From NCBI GenBank assembly GCA_000388065.2, contig KB932201.1: a stretch of DNA of 64,000 nt. One strand, written 5' to 3'. The notes under the pieces were generated by a model, which ran no database searches, was not told the DNA's origin, and saw only the letters and a program-made list of their open reading frames with translations. Below, piece by piece: positions 1 to 11,462 of the stretch. This DNA comes from Fonticula alba ATCC 38817. Lineage: Eukaryota; Protista; Nucleariida. The first letter of the stretch is position 1, and each line of letters opens with the position of its first letter. Both the position numbers and the translations under genes were made by a program.

Positions 1-1815
1 GCAATCGCTGCTGGTCCTGGGGCTGGTGGATGAGCTCGGCCTGGCCGGCCATGCGATGACCACCCGCCAGGCCTCCCTGTCATCGGGCATGGTCCTCGGC
101 GGAGAGCCTTTGCTCATGTCGGCGCGCGGGCTGAACCGGCGCTTTGCCGACGATTTGCTTGGTTTGAATTTGGGATCCCTCGGCACTGGGCTGGCGGCGA
201 TCGCACGCGCAGCTCTTGAACCGGTGATCCCCGGTCGAGGTGCGGCGGCGGCCGGCCAGGCCCCCGAGGATGATGAAACCATCGATGAGTTTGCCCGGCG
301 CCGGCTGGGCCGGCTCATGGCCGCGGGGCCGATGTCAGCCATGGCCCACGGCGTGTATGCCGGGGACTCACGGCAGCTGAGCATGCGAAGCTGCTTCGGC
401 CAGCTGGTTCGCATCGAGCAGCATCATGGTCGACTCCTGGGAGCGGGCCTAGTGCCCTTCAGCGTGAGTGACCGACACACGGTGCATGAGCGCCTCCCGG
501 GGCTGGTGGCCAGCCTGCTGGATGGGGGCCCGGGCGTCGGGCTTCGCGAGGACTTCCGCTCGCCCGTGCAGGCGTATCTGTCCCGGACCCCGGCGGCCCT
601 GGTCGATCCGGTGGACCTGGCGGCCATCAGCCTGCTTGGGCAATTCCCCCTCTTCACCGGGGCCCCCTTGAAGGGGGTACCCTGGACAAGGAAGCGGTCG
701 CCATTCACCGGGGAAGACCCCACCGAGCTGGCTCTGTCGGTGTTGCGTGTCGGGCCCAAGCGTGTGCTGTCCCTGCGGCCCGACCGCGCGAATGACCGAG
801 CCCCGGGTCCCAGCGATGAGGCCGCCATTCCGCCGGCTGTTCACGGCAACCAGGCCCTCGTGGATCGCATGGCACACATCCTGAAAGGCAGCCCGAATGT
901 CCACATCCACCTGGGGACCGGGCCGCTGTCGGTTGACCGGCCGGGCCCCGGCGGTCCCAAGTACCGGGTGTCGGCCGGGTCGGCGGTGTCGGTCCCGGCG
1001 GACCATTTGGTGTGCGCCGCGCCGGCTGGCTCCCTGGCTGACACACTGGCCCCCGCCCTGCCCGGCTTGGCCGGAGCCCTGGCCGCGGTCGGGGCCACCA
1101 ATGCCAAAGTGACCGTCGTCAGTCTCCTGGCCCGGGGCCGGGAGCCCTTCTCGCGTACCGATACCCTGGGCTATCTTTGGCCGGCCGGCGAGCAAGAAGA
1201 CAGCATCCTCGGTGTGGTGCTCAACTCGGACATCTTTTCCGAGTGCGCTCTCTCTCTCCCCCTCCTTTCCTGCCCCTCCCTCCCGAGCCGCCTGCATGCA
1301 CTGCCTGCCGCCTTGCCTTTACTGACCACTCGTTCCTCCTTGGCCATCGCTCCTGTCCCATGCCCCCCTTCGACGCATCGGACAGGCATACCCCCAGCAA
1401 TGTCTTTCAGGCAACGGTCATGCTCGGCGGGCACATGCCACCGCCGGAGGACCCGGTAGCCAGCAGCCTGCACCGGGTCCGCCAGCTAACCGGCTTGGAT
1501 TTGGCAGACCCCCGTCTGGAGCTGGACCTGGCCCAATGGACCGGGGCCATTCCGCAGTACACGCGCGGGCATCATCACCGACTGGTGGACCTTGCTGGAA
1601 GGGCCGCCGGCGAGCGGGTGCACTTTGTCGGGTCCGCCTTCACGGGAGTCGCGGTGCCCCAGGTTCTCACCTCGGCATTCATGGCTGCGCGCGGCATCGC
1701 CGCCGAGCTGGGCCTCCATGAGGGCCTGCTGGCTGGCGTTGACGGCCAGGCCGGCTTGGGGTATCACCTTCGGCCGTGGGACACCTTCGCCGAGCTGGCC
1801 GCCGTCACGCCCTGA
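1..1815 (+). CDS. PPOX: Protoporphyrinogen oxidase (HemY/PPOX family), 5' end outside the window; exons <2-1242 and 1386-1815 (alternative in-phase acceptor would start exon 2 at 1398)
   Basis: Frame is open from base 2 (QSLLVLGLVDELGL). PPOX-type motifs: DETIDEFARRRLG, GVYAGDSRQLSMRSCF, LGYLWP..ILGVVLNSD, TVMLGG, AIPQYTRGH, VHFVGSAFTGVAV. The GTGCGC donor at 1243 joins the two ORF-track frames in phase. The N-terminal GxGxxG FAD motif is not in the window. Confidence 0.9.
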
Positions 1816-2249
1816 CCCTCCCCCCCCCCCTCCCGCATCATTGGCAATACAGAGCACCCTCATACTGGTTGGCCCGCCGAGGGAGAGGCGAGACGAAGAA
1901 AGAAAAAAGCACCGAAGGACAGGGAATGTATTGAAGGGTAGAGGAGAACAAAGGGGCGGGGCGAGAGAGGGAGGTGGACATGGAGGGCCAGCAAGCCGGC
2001 CCCCGATCCTTCCCCGAAGCAGGTCTTTGTGGCCGGGCGAGGAGGAGGGAGGGGCACTGGGACACAAGGGTGTTCTTGTACGCGCAGATGAACCTGTGTC
2101 ATCGGCATGCCAACTAAGCATGGCGAAAGGGGGTGTCTCTGCGCGTGCGCTTGAGCCTACACACGCATGCTCATGTAATGTAAAGGCCAGCCCTCTGTAT
2201 CGGAGGAAGGGGTATTTAAATGACCCTCCCTCCACGAATAACTCTCTCC

Positions 2250-2292
<43 letters not shown>

Positions 2293-2320
2293 ACGCGCAA
2301 TGCTTCCCTCATACCCCCTT

Positions 2321-5300
2321 TCAGGGGAGGGGTGGCGCATGCTGCGAGAGGAGGGCCTGTGAGAAGGCGTCCGAGAAGTTGTGCAACTGGTCGCAAGTGC
2401 TTTGAAGGGCCACGGCCAGCGAGATCGCCGCCTCCGAGGAGGGAGACCAGCGGCTGGCAGTTGCCTGGTCGATGAGCTGCACAGCACTCGTGTCCTGGTC
2501 GAGGGCACGCCCGATGAGGAAGGCCGGATCAGCCGTGTCGACTGGCGCCGCACACAGGTCGGACACCAGGGTATTGGCCGCGGCCGCCGGGCAACCCGAA
2601 AACCGGCAAGACTTGGAGGAACAAGGACAAGTGAGGCAGGTGGAATGGCCGGCGAGTGAGCCAGCATCGGCGGACGCAGCATCGGAGGCCATGTGGGTGC
2701 TTGGCTCGGCGGCCGAGGTCGGGGCTACGGTGGTGGAGGTGGCGGTGGCGGTGGCGGTGGCGGTGGCGGTGGCGGTGGCGGTGGCGGTGGCAGTGGAGGT
2801 AGTGGTGGTGGTGCTAGGGGTGGCCGAGGCCGTGGCGGGGGCGACGGGGGCGGTGGCAGTGACAGTGGCGGGGACAGAGCCACCATCCGACGGGCTCACA
2901 CACGTGGGAACCGCCGGGGTGGCAGCGCCTGGAGACAAGGACGAAGAAAGATGGCCACCGGTGCTGGCGCTGGTCGGGATGTCCGGCAGCGGGCGCTGAG
3001 ATAGCCGCGCAATGTTGGCCGCACTGCCCGGCGGCGAGGCGGCCACCCGACCGGCCGGGCACGGGCCATCAACAATCCCACCTGCACCCTCATCCGCGCC
3101 CGGGGTGTTGGTTTGGGGCGAGCCAGGAAGGCGTACAGGGGCTGGCCCTGCCACTGGCACCTTGGACACGCGTGGGTCCACGGAGCATGGCGCCTTTGAA
3201 GAGAGAGGAGCATCCTGGCTGGGCATTTGCGGATGTTGCTGCTGTTGCTGCTCGAGGCCACCTTGGCGCTGCTGGCTCGCCAGCGACCGCATATACTGCA
3301 AGGCATCCTGTGCCGAGGGGATGCCATCAGCAAAGGCGAAGGAAGCCGCCGGCCGAGTGGCCGGCGCCTTGGCCAGAACAGCCATCGGCGCCGGGGCAAA
3401 GAGCCCGGCGCCGAGCTGCGAGGGGGACGGCCCGGCCGCCGTCACCGCCGTCGTCGAGGCCGACAACAGCAATGTCGAGCTGATGGAGCCCAGGAGAGCC
3501 GAATCCGGGCTGACCGGGGCCACAACCGCCGAGAGGCCCGACTGCCCAAGGACATCGGCCACCGCACGCTCAGCCAGCAGGATCAAATCGGCCACAAGGT
3601 CGCGATACCGGCCGAGGGCCATGCTCCACAAGGAGTGGACCACCCGCTCGATGCGCCCGGTGACCATGGCAAATAGAGGAGCCACCTCGTCCAAGGTGAT
3701 GTCCTCCGGCAGGGTGAAGAGAGCCGGCAGGCCGACCAGCGCCAAGGGCGCCGGGGCCAGCCCCACGGCCGGGTGTTTGAAGGAGTCCGCCAGCGAGGGG
3801 AGGGACATGTTGACCGGGGCCACGGGGCCCGACGGCACCGGCGAGGCGGCGGTGGCGGCGGTGGCGGCGGTGGCGGCAGCGGCGGCAGCGGCGGCAGCGG
3901 CGGCATGGCCAGGGGCCGAGACGCCACAGGCTGCGGCCTCTGTCGATGTCCCCACCGGGGTGGCACCGCCGGTTGGAATGACCAAAGCAGTGATCTCGGT
4001 GCACGTGCAAGCGGGCAACTCATCACCGGCCCCTCCCCAGCATGCGGCGCCAGGACCGGCATCGGTCACCGAGAAGGTGGAGTGCAGGGACTTGGTCAGA
4101 GGAGAGGGCAGCCGCGCCTCCGAGTGCTGGCAAGAGGTGCACCGTGAGCCCGGCCCCGAGGGCAGAGTGGCCGCCGGGGCCACTGCCGGAGCCGAGGCCT
4201 GGGCCATCGCGGCCGCCGCCGCCGCCGCATTGGCCTCCTGCAGAGCGTATGCCTTGCGCTCGAGGATCTCCAGGCGCGTGCAGACCGATGCCAGACGCGA
4301 AATGTGGGCAATGGCTGTTTCGAACACCAAGGACGGATCGACATCGTCCAGATGGAAGGACGGCGAGCTCGTCAGCCCGGAGAGCCCCTGCTGCGGGGAG
4401 GCACACAACAGCCCGCCATTGGGCTCGCACGGGGACGCCAGGCCCGAGCTGTGGAAGACTGCCGGCGGAAGGCCCGCCTCCGAGGGCGAGGCACTCAAGG
4501 AGAAGATCGGCGACGGGGCCAGATTGTTGATGCTCCCGGAGAAGCTGAGTGCCAGCGAGGCTGACAACCCGGGCGGCGGGAAGTCCAGCAGGCCGGCGGC
4601 TCCAACCGAGCCCGAGCCCGAGGAAACCATCTGGCTCGGACCCTCGCCATCCGTCTGCACTAGGGCCGCCGACGAGTTGGAAGGCTCCGCTCCGGAGGGA
4701 TTCAAGTTGGCATAGTACTCCACACGACCGGCCAGCTTGCCTGGCAGAAGGAGCCGCATGTTTTCCTTCCCCTCCAGGCCCTTGAGCTTCACCTGACCAA
4801 TGCTGTAGGTAAACAGGTCGAATTGCTCGGTCAGCGAATCGAAGGCCTCCTGCTTGGAGGTAATATGGTTCCAGGTGTCCCCGGAGACGGTGATCTGCCC
4901 GCCATCGGCGGCACCGGACACACGAGCCGCACGGTTGACCATCGGCCCGAAGTAGTCCATGCGCCCGGTCACCGGGTCCGTCTCGCACACGGGCTCGCCC
5001 ACATGGATGCCCATGCGCACGGACAGGCCGCGGAAGATGAGCTTGTGATCATTGCAGAAAACAGCCCGGCCATCGGGCAGCTCCAGAGTCTGTATGGAAG
5101 AAAGATATGGACACCGGGAGAAGGGAGGGGGCATAGGGCGGGGAGGGGGAGGAGGGAAAATGGAGAAGAGGAGGAAGATCGGAGTGGCGTCAGCGTGCAG
5201 AAGAGACAAGAGGACAAGGGCAAAAGAGACAGAGACAGAGAGATGGAGAGATGGAGAGAGAAGAGGGGAGGGGGAAAGGGGCAAACGAACGGACCTCCTT

Positions 5301-8300
5301 CGGCCAGTCGGCCTCAACGAGCTCACTCTGCACGGCCAAGCACCAGCGAACCGCCGACACCGGGTCCTGGAAGGCCACCATGAACGCATCGCCCTCGGTC
5401 TTGACCTCGTAGCCGTCGTACTTGCGCAGATTCCGACGCATGATCTGGTTGTGAATGCGAATGCATGTGCGCATGGCGGTTTCGTTGGTTTCCCAAAGCG
5501 TGGTGGAGTTCTTGATATCGGTAAACACCAGGGCCAGCAGGCCGCGCGGGGGGCCCACCTCGGCGCCCAGGCGAGCCAGGGCCGAGTCGACCACGCCATT
5601 GCGCAGCAGCCGGCGATTGACGGGATTGGGCTTCATCATCTCCGACCGAGGGAGCACCGACAGGACGACCACCGTGATGGCAGTGCTGGCCCCATAAGAG
5701 ATGGCATAGTCGCGGAGCTTCTGCGATGCGCGCGAGAAACTGGACGGCACCGACCGGACGACATCCACCGCCGTCTGGTGGCTGAGGAACTTCCAAAACC
5801 CGGAGCAGCCCATGATGATGAACTCGTCATTGGCCTCGACCTCGAATTCGTACATGCTGGGGTTGGAGATGATCTGCGGGAGGAGATCGCAAAAGCCGAA
5901 AGCTGCATCCGGGAGGGGGAGGGGGGAACATGGGAGGCAGATTGGCATGTAAGACAGAAGGAAAAGAAGCCGGGCAAAGGGAGAAGGAAGAAGGAACGAG
6001 TCGAAAGAAGCAAGCCGAGGACAGGAGGAAGCAGACCGGGAGACAGGGACAACCGGAAAGATGGGCAACATACCGCGCGTCGTCGGGAGCGACCCATTCA
6101 GTAGCCGGGAATTGGCGAACCAGCTACCAGCATTCCGGCAACGGGCGATCTCAGCCGGGTTGTACACATCATGCGGCTGATGCAGGGGGACCGGCTTGCC
6201 GCCCTTGCTGAGAACCGCCTGGGCCACGCCGGTGGCAAAGACATACACCTTGGACCCGCAGTAAACCACCGCCAGGGCCGAGGACCCAGACTGCCCGGCG
6301 GTCGGGTATTCTTCGCCGGTTTGGAGCACGCGATTGGAGTTGATGGACGACGAGGCCGGGCCGGTGGGAGTGGCGCCGCTGCCCTGAGGAGAGGGCCCAT
6401 TGTGCAGCGTGGTCCAGGAGCTGGTGATGCCGTAGCCGGCCGCGTCGCCGCCATGCTCGCCGCCGAAGTACGACGAGAAGACCGTCGGGGCCGAGCCATT
6501 GGCCGTGGTCGGCGAGGAAGGCATGTTCACCTGGCCCACCACCGGGAAGGCACTCGGGCCACTCGAGCCGCCGCTCGAGCCGCCAAGAGACCCGGGCTGG
6601 ACCCCGGCGATGCCGGCCCCATTCCCATTGGCCCCGGCATTGTTGCCATTGCCCAGGAAGGAGAAGGCCCCGGACTTGGAGGATAGCCGGCTGCTGGACA
6701 GCTGGGGCGAAGAGACCACGGCCGCCTCGCGCTGGATATTCCGCCGGGCAAGCATCTGACCCACGGCATAGAAGGCCCGCATCATGGAAGACACGACATC
6801 ATGATTGCGCAGCATGAAGTAGAACTGGCTGGCCAGGTTCTCCCGGAGGAAGAGCGACACATCGTCCCGGAGGAACCCCTCGAAGAGGCAAAACACATCG
6901 GACCCCTCCTTCAGCTCATACACCACGGAGTTGTTGATCGTGGCTCCGTCATAGCTGAGCATGTTGCTGCAGCCGAGACGCTGGTAGCCCGCCTGCGGGT
7001 CGGCATAGTAGCAGTGCTTGATGGCCCGGGCCCGCTCGACCACGCTGTGACTGTGCGAGGTTTCGGACAAGTTGACCAGCAACAAGTCATGCAGGACATT
7101 GATGCCCAGCAGGGACTCCTCGTCGCCGCGCTGGTGCTCCAGCAGACGCGGATTGGCCGACAGGTCCAGATGCTTGATGGCCCGGTTTTGGCCCCAATGC
7201 CACTCGGAGCTGTTGGCCAGGTTGATCTTCAGATCATTGTGTGACAGGTCCACCACTTGCAGGCGCGTGCACCGGCTCAGCGCCGCCGGCAGGCTGACCA
7301 GCTTGTTGGAGTTCAAATACAACCGGACCAAGTTCGACAGCAGGCCCATCTCATCCGGCAGCGAGGTCAGCAGGTTGCCCGACAGTGAAAGGACCTCCAG
7401 CTTGGAATAGAGGCCAATGGACTTGGGGATCTCCTCCATGTCATTGTAGGCCAGGTTGATGACACGAAGCTCCGGCATGTGCTCAATCACCGTGAAGACA
7501 TTGGAGGAGAGCCGGTTGTCCGACAGGTAAATCTCATTCGGTCGCGAGAGGCCGTTGGAGAATTTGGCAGTCGGGTGGGGAATGCGCTCGATCAGGTTGC
7601 TGGACAAATTCAGCAGCAGCAAGCCTCGCAATTGCCAGATCTCATTCGGCAGTCGGCGCAGATTGTTCGAATGCAAATCCAGCTGGTAGAGCGAGGACAG
7701 GTGGCCGATCTCCGGCGGCAGCTCGGACAGGAGGTTCCGCGAGATCGACAGGCACTGCAAGCGACTGAGGGCCTTGAAGGAGGGCGGCAGCATCATGATA
7801 TGGTTGTCATCCAGGGACAGGTCGGTCAACATGACCAGCCGGGCAAAGGAGTCCGGCAGGGTGGTCATCTTGTTGTGGGCCAGGGTCAGCCGGCGCAGGA
7901 CCGACGAGTCGGCCGTCACATCGAAGCGGGTCAAGCTATTCCGGGTCATGGTCAACTCCGACAGAGCCAGCAGCCCCGGGGTCAGGGTGAAGGTGGAGAT
8001 CATATTCCCATCACAGTAGAGCTTCCGCAGGGCCGGGCACTCGCTGACACCGGAAATGTCCGTCAGCATGTTTGACCGGACGTCCAATTCCGAGAGCTTG
8101 GTCATCTGGGTCAGGTCTGGCAGCGACGTGAGCTTGTTGCAGAGGACGCGGAGGACGCGGAGCTATGGGGGGGGGGAGGGGAAGAGGGAGGAGGGAGGAG
8201 GTTAGCCAGGGTGGCGCAGGTGCCAGGACAGGGGGGAAGGAGTGCCCCTGCAAGGGAAGACCAGGAGGAGGAGGAGGAGAAGGAGAAGGAGGAAGGAGTC

Positions 8301-9200
8301 GCACATCGTTGGGCGGGGTGGTAAAGTCGATGGAGGTGAGGTTGCAGTAGGACATGTCCAGCAGCATCAGGCTTGAGATCTGGTTGAGTGCCGTCGGGAA
8401 GGTCTCGAAGTCATTGTTGGACAGGTTCAGCAGGGTGAGGTTGCGGAGCTGGCTGATCTCCTGCGGGAGGGAGGTGATGCGATTGCACTTGGCATCCAAC
8501 GACACGAGCGATGAGGCCAGGCGCTCGATGGCCGCCGGCAGGACGGCCAGCTGGTTGGAGGAAATGTTGAGCTGCTTGAGGTTTGGCACCGAGCAAACAC
8601 CCTGTGGGAGAGTTGTATACTCGTTGCCGGAGAGCTGTGCGGATGGTGGAACCAAGGGGGGATAGAGAGAGAGAGAGAGAGAGAAAGATTAAGGAGTGAG
8701 CAGAAGCACATGAACCGTCCAGGGGCGAGGCAAAGGGAGGAAACGGGAAAAGGGTATGGCACGCACCTTCAGTGCGGTCAGACGCGTGCAGGCCTCGGCA
8801 AAGTCCGCTGGGAAGTCCAGCAGGATGTTGCCAGAGAGATTCATCTCCAGGATCTCGCTGGCTCGCGAGTGAAGCACCGGCGGGATGTAGGGCAGGTTCA
8901 TGTTGGAAAAGTTCAAGTGCTGGATCTGCGACAGGCGAGTGATCTGCGCGGAGAAGTCCAGTGCCTGCTGCGAGTGCTGGTGCGACAGCAGGAACCAGAA
9001 ACAATACCGGTGGTCCATGCGCATCTGCTCGCGAATCATGCTCTCCGGGCTGAAGCCCAGCTGCTCGATGAAGTGCCGGGTGATGACCATCGGCTTCTCG
9101 TGGGGGAGGAGCTGGCGCACTGTGCTCATGTCAAGGGTTCCCCGCGATTGGAGAGAGCGAGAGAGCGAGAGAGAGAGAGAGAGAGAGAGANNNNNNNNNN

Positions 9201-9242
<42 letters not shown>

Positions 9243-11462
9243 CACAGTGGAGGGTCAGCAGGCGGCAGGGTGGGAAAGCTCAATGAGACGGGCGCAAGGG
9301 AAGGGGCGGGGACGCACTTCGGCCCTGGTGCACAAGGTACAAGGTCTGATTCTTGAGGGCGGGATTCTTCTTCTGCAGGGAGGCCATCATGGTCTGCACG
9401 GTTGACCCGTAGGGGATCTTAATGGCACGGTAGTCATTTTGGGTGATGTAGAGCCGAAGAAGCTGCGGGAGGCGCGCCAAGCGAGAGGGAGCGAAGAGCC
9501 AAAGCAAGCGTCAGATGAGGTGCCAGACAGAGGGGCATCCCGGAAAGGGGGGCGCCGGGCAAGGAGGGAGCGACGCCCGGACAGAAGCGTGGGCGCACGT
9601 AGAAAGAGTCATCCTCGTCAGTGGTGGCTTCAGTGAACTCGGGCTGCAGATCCGGCAGCTCGAGCTTGGTGCTCAGGAGGGCAGCAACCGCATTATCCGG
9701 GGCGGTGCCGGACGACGCGTCGGAGCTCGGCGTCGAGAAGGCCAACGGCGCGCCAGGACCGACACGCCACGAGTCCGGCGGTTGCCAGTGCCCACGAGTG
9801 TCCTCCAAGACCTCGGCATCGAACTCGAAGTCGGTGTATGTCGTCGTCTCGGAAGTGTCTGCGCGAAGGGGTGTCGGTGCGTGAAGCGTGAGCATGCATG
9901 CGCATATGTGCGTGTATGTGTGTGTGTGTGTGTGGGGAAGAGAGAGGCGAGGCGAGGCGAGGCGAGACAGGGGGAAAGGAAAGGCGATGGTGAGCAATAA
10001 CGACAACACGATGCTCAGGGGTGAGGGCATGCGCACCGATCTCATTGGCGGAGCTCTTGCGCCGGTCGCCGCGCTTGCGGCCCTTCTTCTTGTCACTCGG
10101 GATCGCCAGGTGGGAGAAGTCGTCTGTGCGACGGATGGCGCGGAGGTTAGAGACGGGGCAAGGGGGAGGGGGGGGGGGGGGGGGGAAGAAGTCCAGGAGG
10201 CGCCTGTAAGCGCTGCCAGGGCGCACCGTCGAGGCTGTCCCCGCGTGAGGGGGAAACCCCAAGGCTAGAACGACCGTGAATGCCCGGCCCCATGGGGCCG
10301 TCAACCGTGGAGGGCGACGAGGGCGAAATGAGAGCCGTCTTGATCATGCTAAAAATGCTCTTCCGCCGGTGAAGGCTCTTTGGCTGCTGCCAGATGGAGT
10401 TGAGCGGGCGGGGCACGGGAACATGGCGGAGCTCTCAGGTGTCAGACCGGACATACACATGCACATGAAGGAGGAAAGAGAGAAGGACAGAGAGAGAGAG
10501 AGAGAGGCAGTCCGGGCCCGGGTGTCGGCGGTCGTACCCCGTCACGAATATCATGGAAGGAGGCCCGGCGGGAGTTGATGCCGGGCGGGGCACCCGGAAC
10601 CGCGGTGACCCCGGTGGTCGAGGGCCCGGAGAAGGAGCTTGACGCACGCTGGACCACAGGGCGAGGGGGCTGATACGGCGAGGTGGGCGAGTGGTTGCCC
10701 TGGATGCGAGTGGCCAGCGGGTGGCTGGCATTCAGGGGCGATGAGTGGGGCAGGCCGGTGGGCGAGGGGGATCCGGCGGCCGAGGAAGCCGCGGAGGAGG
10801 CCATCGTCGGTGGGATTGACCCTGGCGAGGGGGCAGAAATATCATCGGTGCTGGTGGAATCGGTGGCCGGCGGAGGCTCGGTGGCTGCGCGTGGGGGGCG
10901 CGGCGAGCCGCTTGGTGTCGAGGCGCCCGAAATCGATGGCGATCCGGACAGCGATCCGGGCACGACGGCCGGAGAGCCGCTGGCAGCCAAATAAGGAGCC
11001 CTGCCGGCGGCGGTCATCGTGGCTGGAGGGGGAATCTGTTGATCCATGTCAGAGTCGGACTCGGAGGAGATATAGCTCCCGCGCTGGGCCTCGCCGAGGA
11101 AATCCGCCTGAAGGGTGGCCAGATTGGGGCTGGAAGAAGCTCGGAAGGAACCCATCGAGCTCAGCGAATCTGCGTACCGGGGAAAGAGCAGAGAGGCAAG
11201 CGAGGGGAGGCACAAGGTGAGACGGGGGCAGGGAGGGAGGGAGGGAGGAAGGAAGGGAGGGAGGGAGAAAGGAAGGGGAGAANNNNNNNNNNNNNNNNNN
11301 NNNNNNNNNNNNNNNNNNNNNNNNNNNNNNNNNNNNNNNNNNNNNNNNNNNNNNNNNNNNNNAGGGAGGGAGGGAGGGAGGAAGGGAGGAAGGGGGAGAG
11401 AGCATACTTGACGAGGAGGAAAGCTCCTCGGCGATTGGTGGCAGAGTCAGATCCATTGCCAT
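2321..11462 (-). CDS. CYR1: Fungal-type (Cyr1-like) adenylyl cyclase, ~2510 aa: S/P-rich N-terminus, Ras-association domain, LRR array, PP2C-like domain, class III cyclase, long C-terminal tail. Exons 11462-11408, 11169-10538, 10431-10227, 10123-10037, 9858-9599, 9462-9318, 9119-8767, 8634-8305, 8162-6074, 5902-5295, 5089-2321
   Basis: Cyclase motifs are intact: LVFTDIKNSTTLWE, GYEVKTEGDAFMVAF, RGLSVRMGIHVG, MDYFGPMVNRAARVS. About 20 or more LxxLxLxxNxL repeats lie in 7150-8950. RA-like segment: DSFYLLRLYI..RQLLPHEKPM..EQLGF. PP2C-like segment lies in 5640-7000. Exons sum to 7533 nt, a multiple of 3. The acceptor of intron 2 (GAG) is the weakest junction, and extra introns in the last exon cannot be excluded. 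Confidence 0.93.
2735..2890 (-). repeat. Coding (ACCGCC)n hexamer repeat encoding a Thr-Ala tract in the cyclase C-terminal tail
   Basis: GGCGGT repeats on the plus strand translate to TATATATATATAT on the minus strand. Confidence 0.9.

Noticed and set aside
3012-4715. 567-aa plus-strand ORF, and many other long antisense or shadow ORFs (for example 25331-26941, 52235-53476, 59218-60453)
   Set aside because: They are antisense to well-supported genes, stop codons are rare in high-GC DNA, and they show no recognisable domains.
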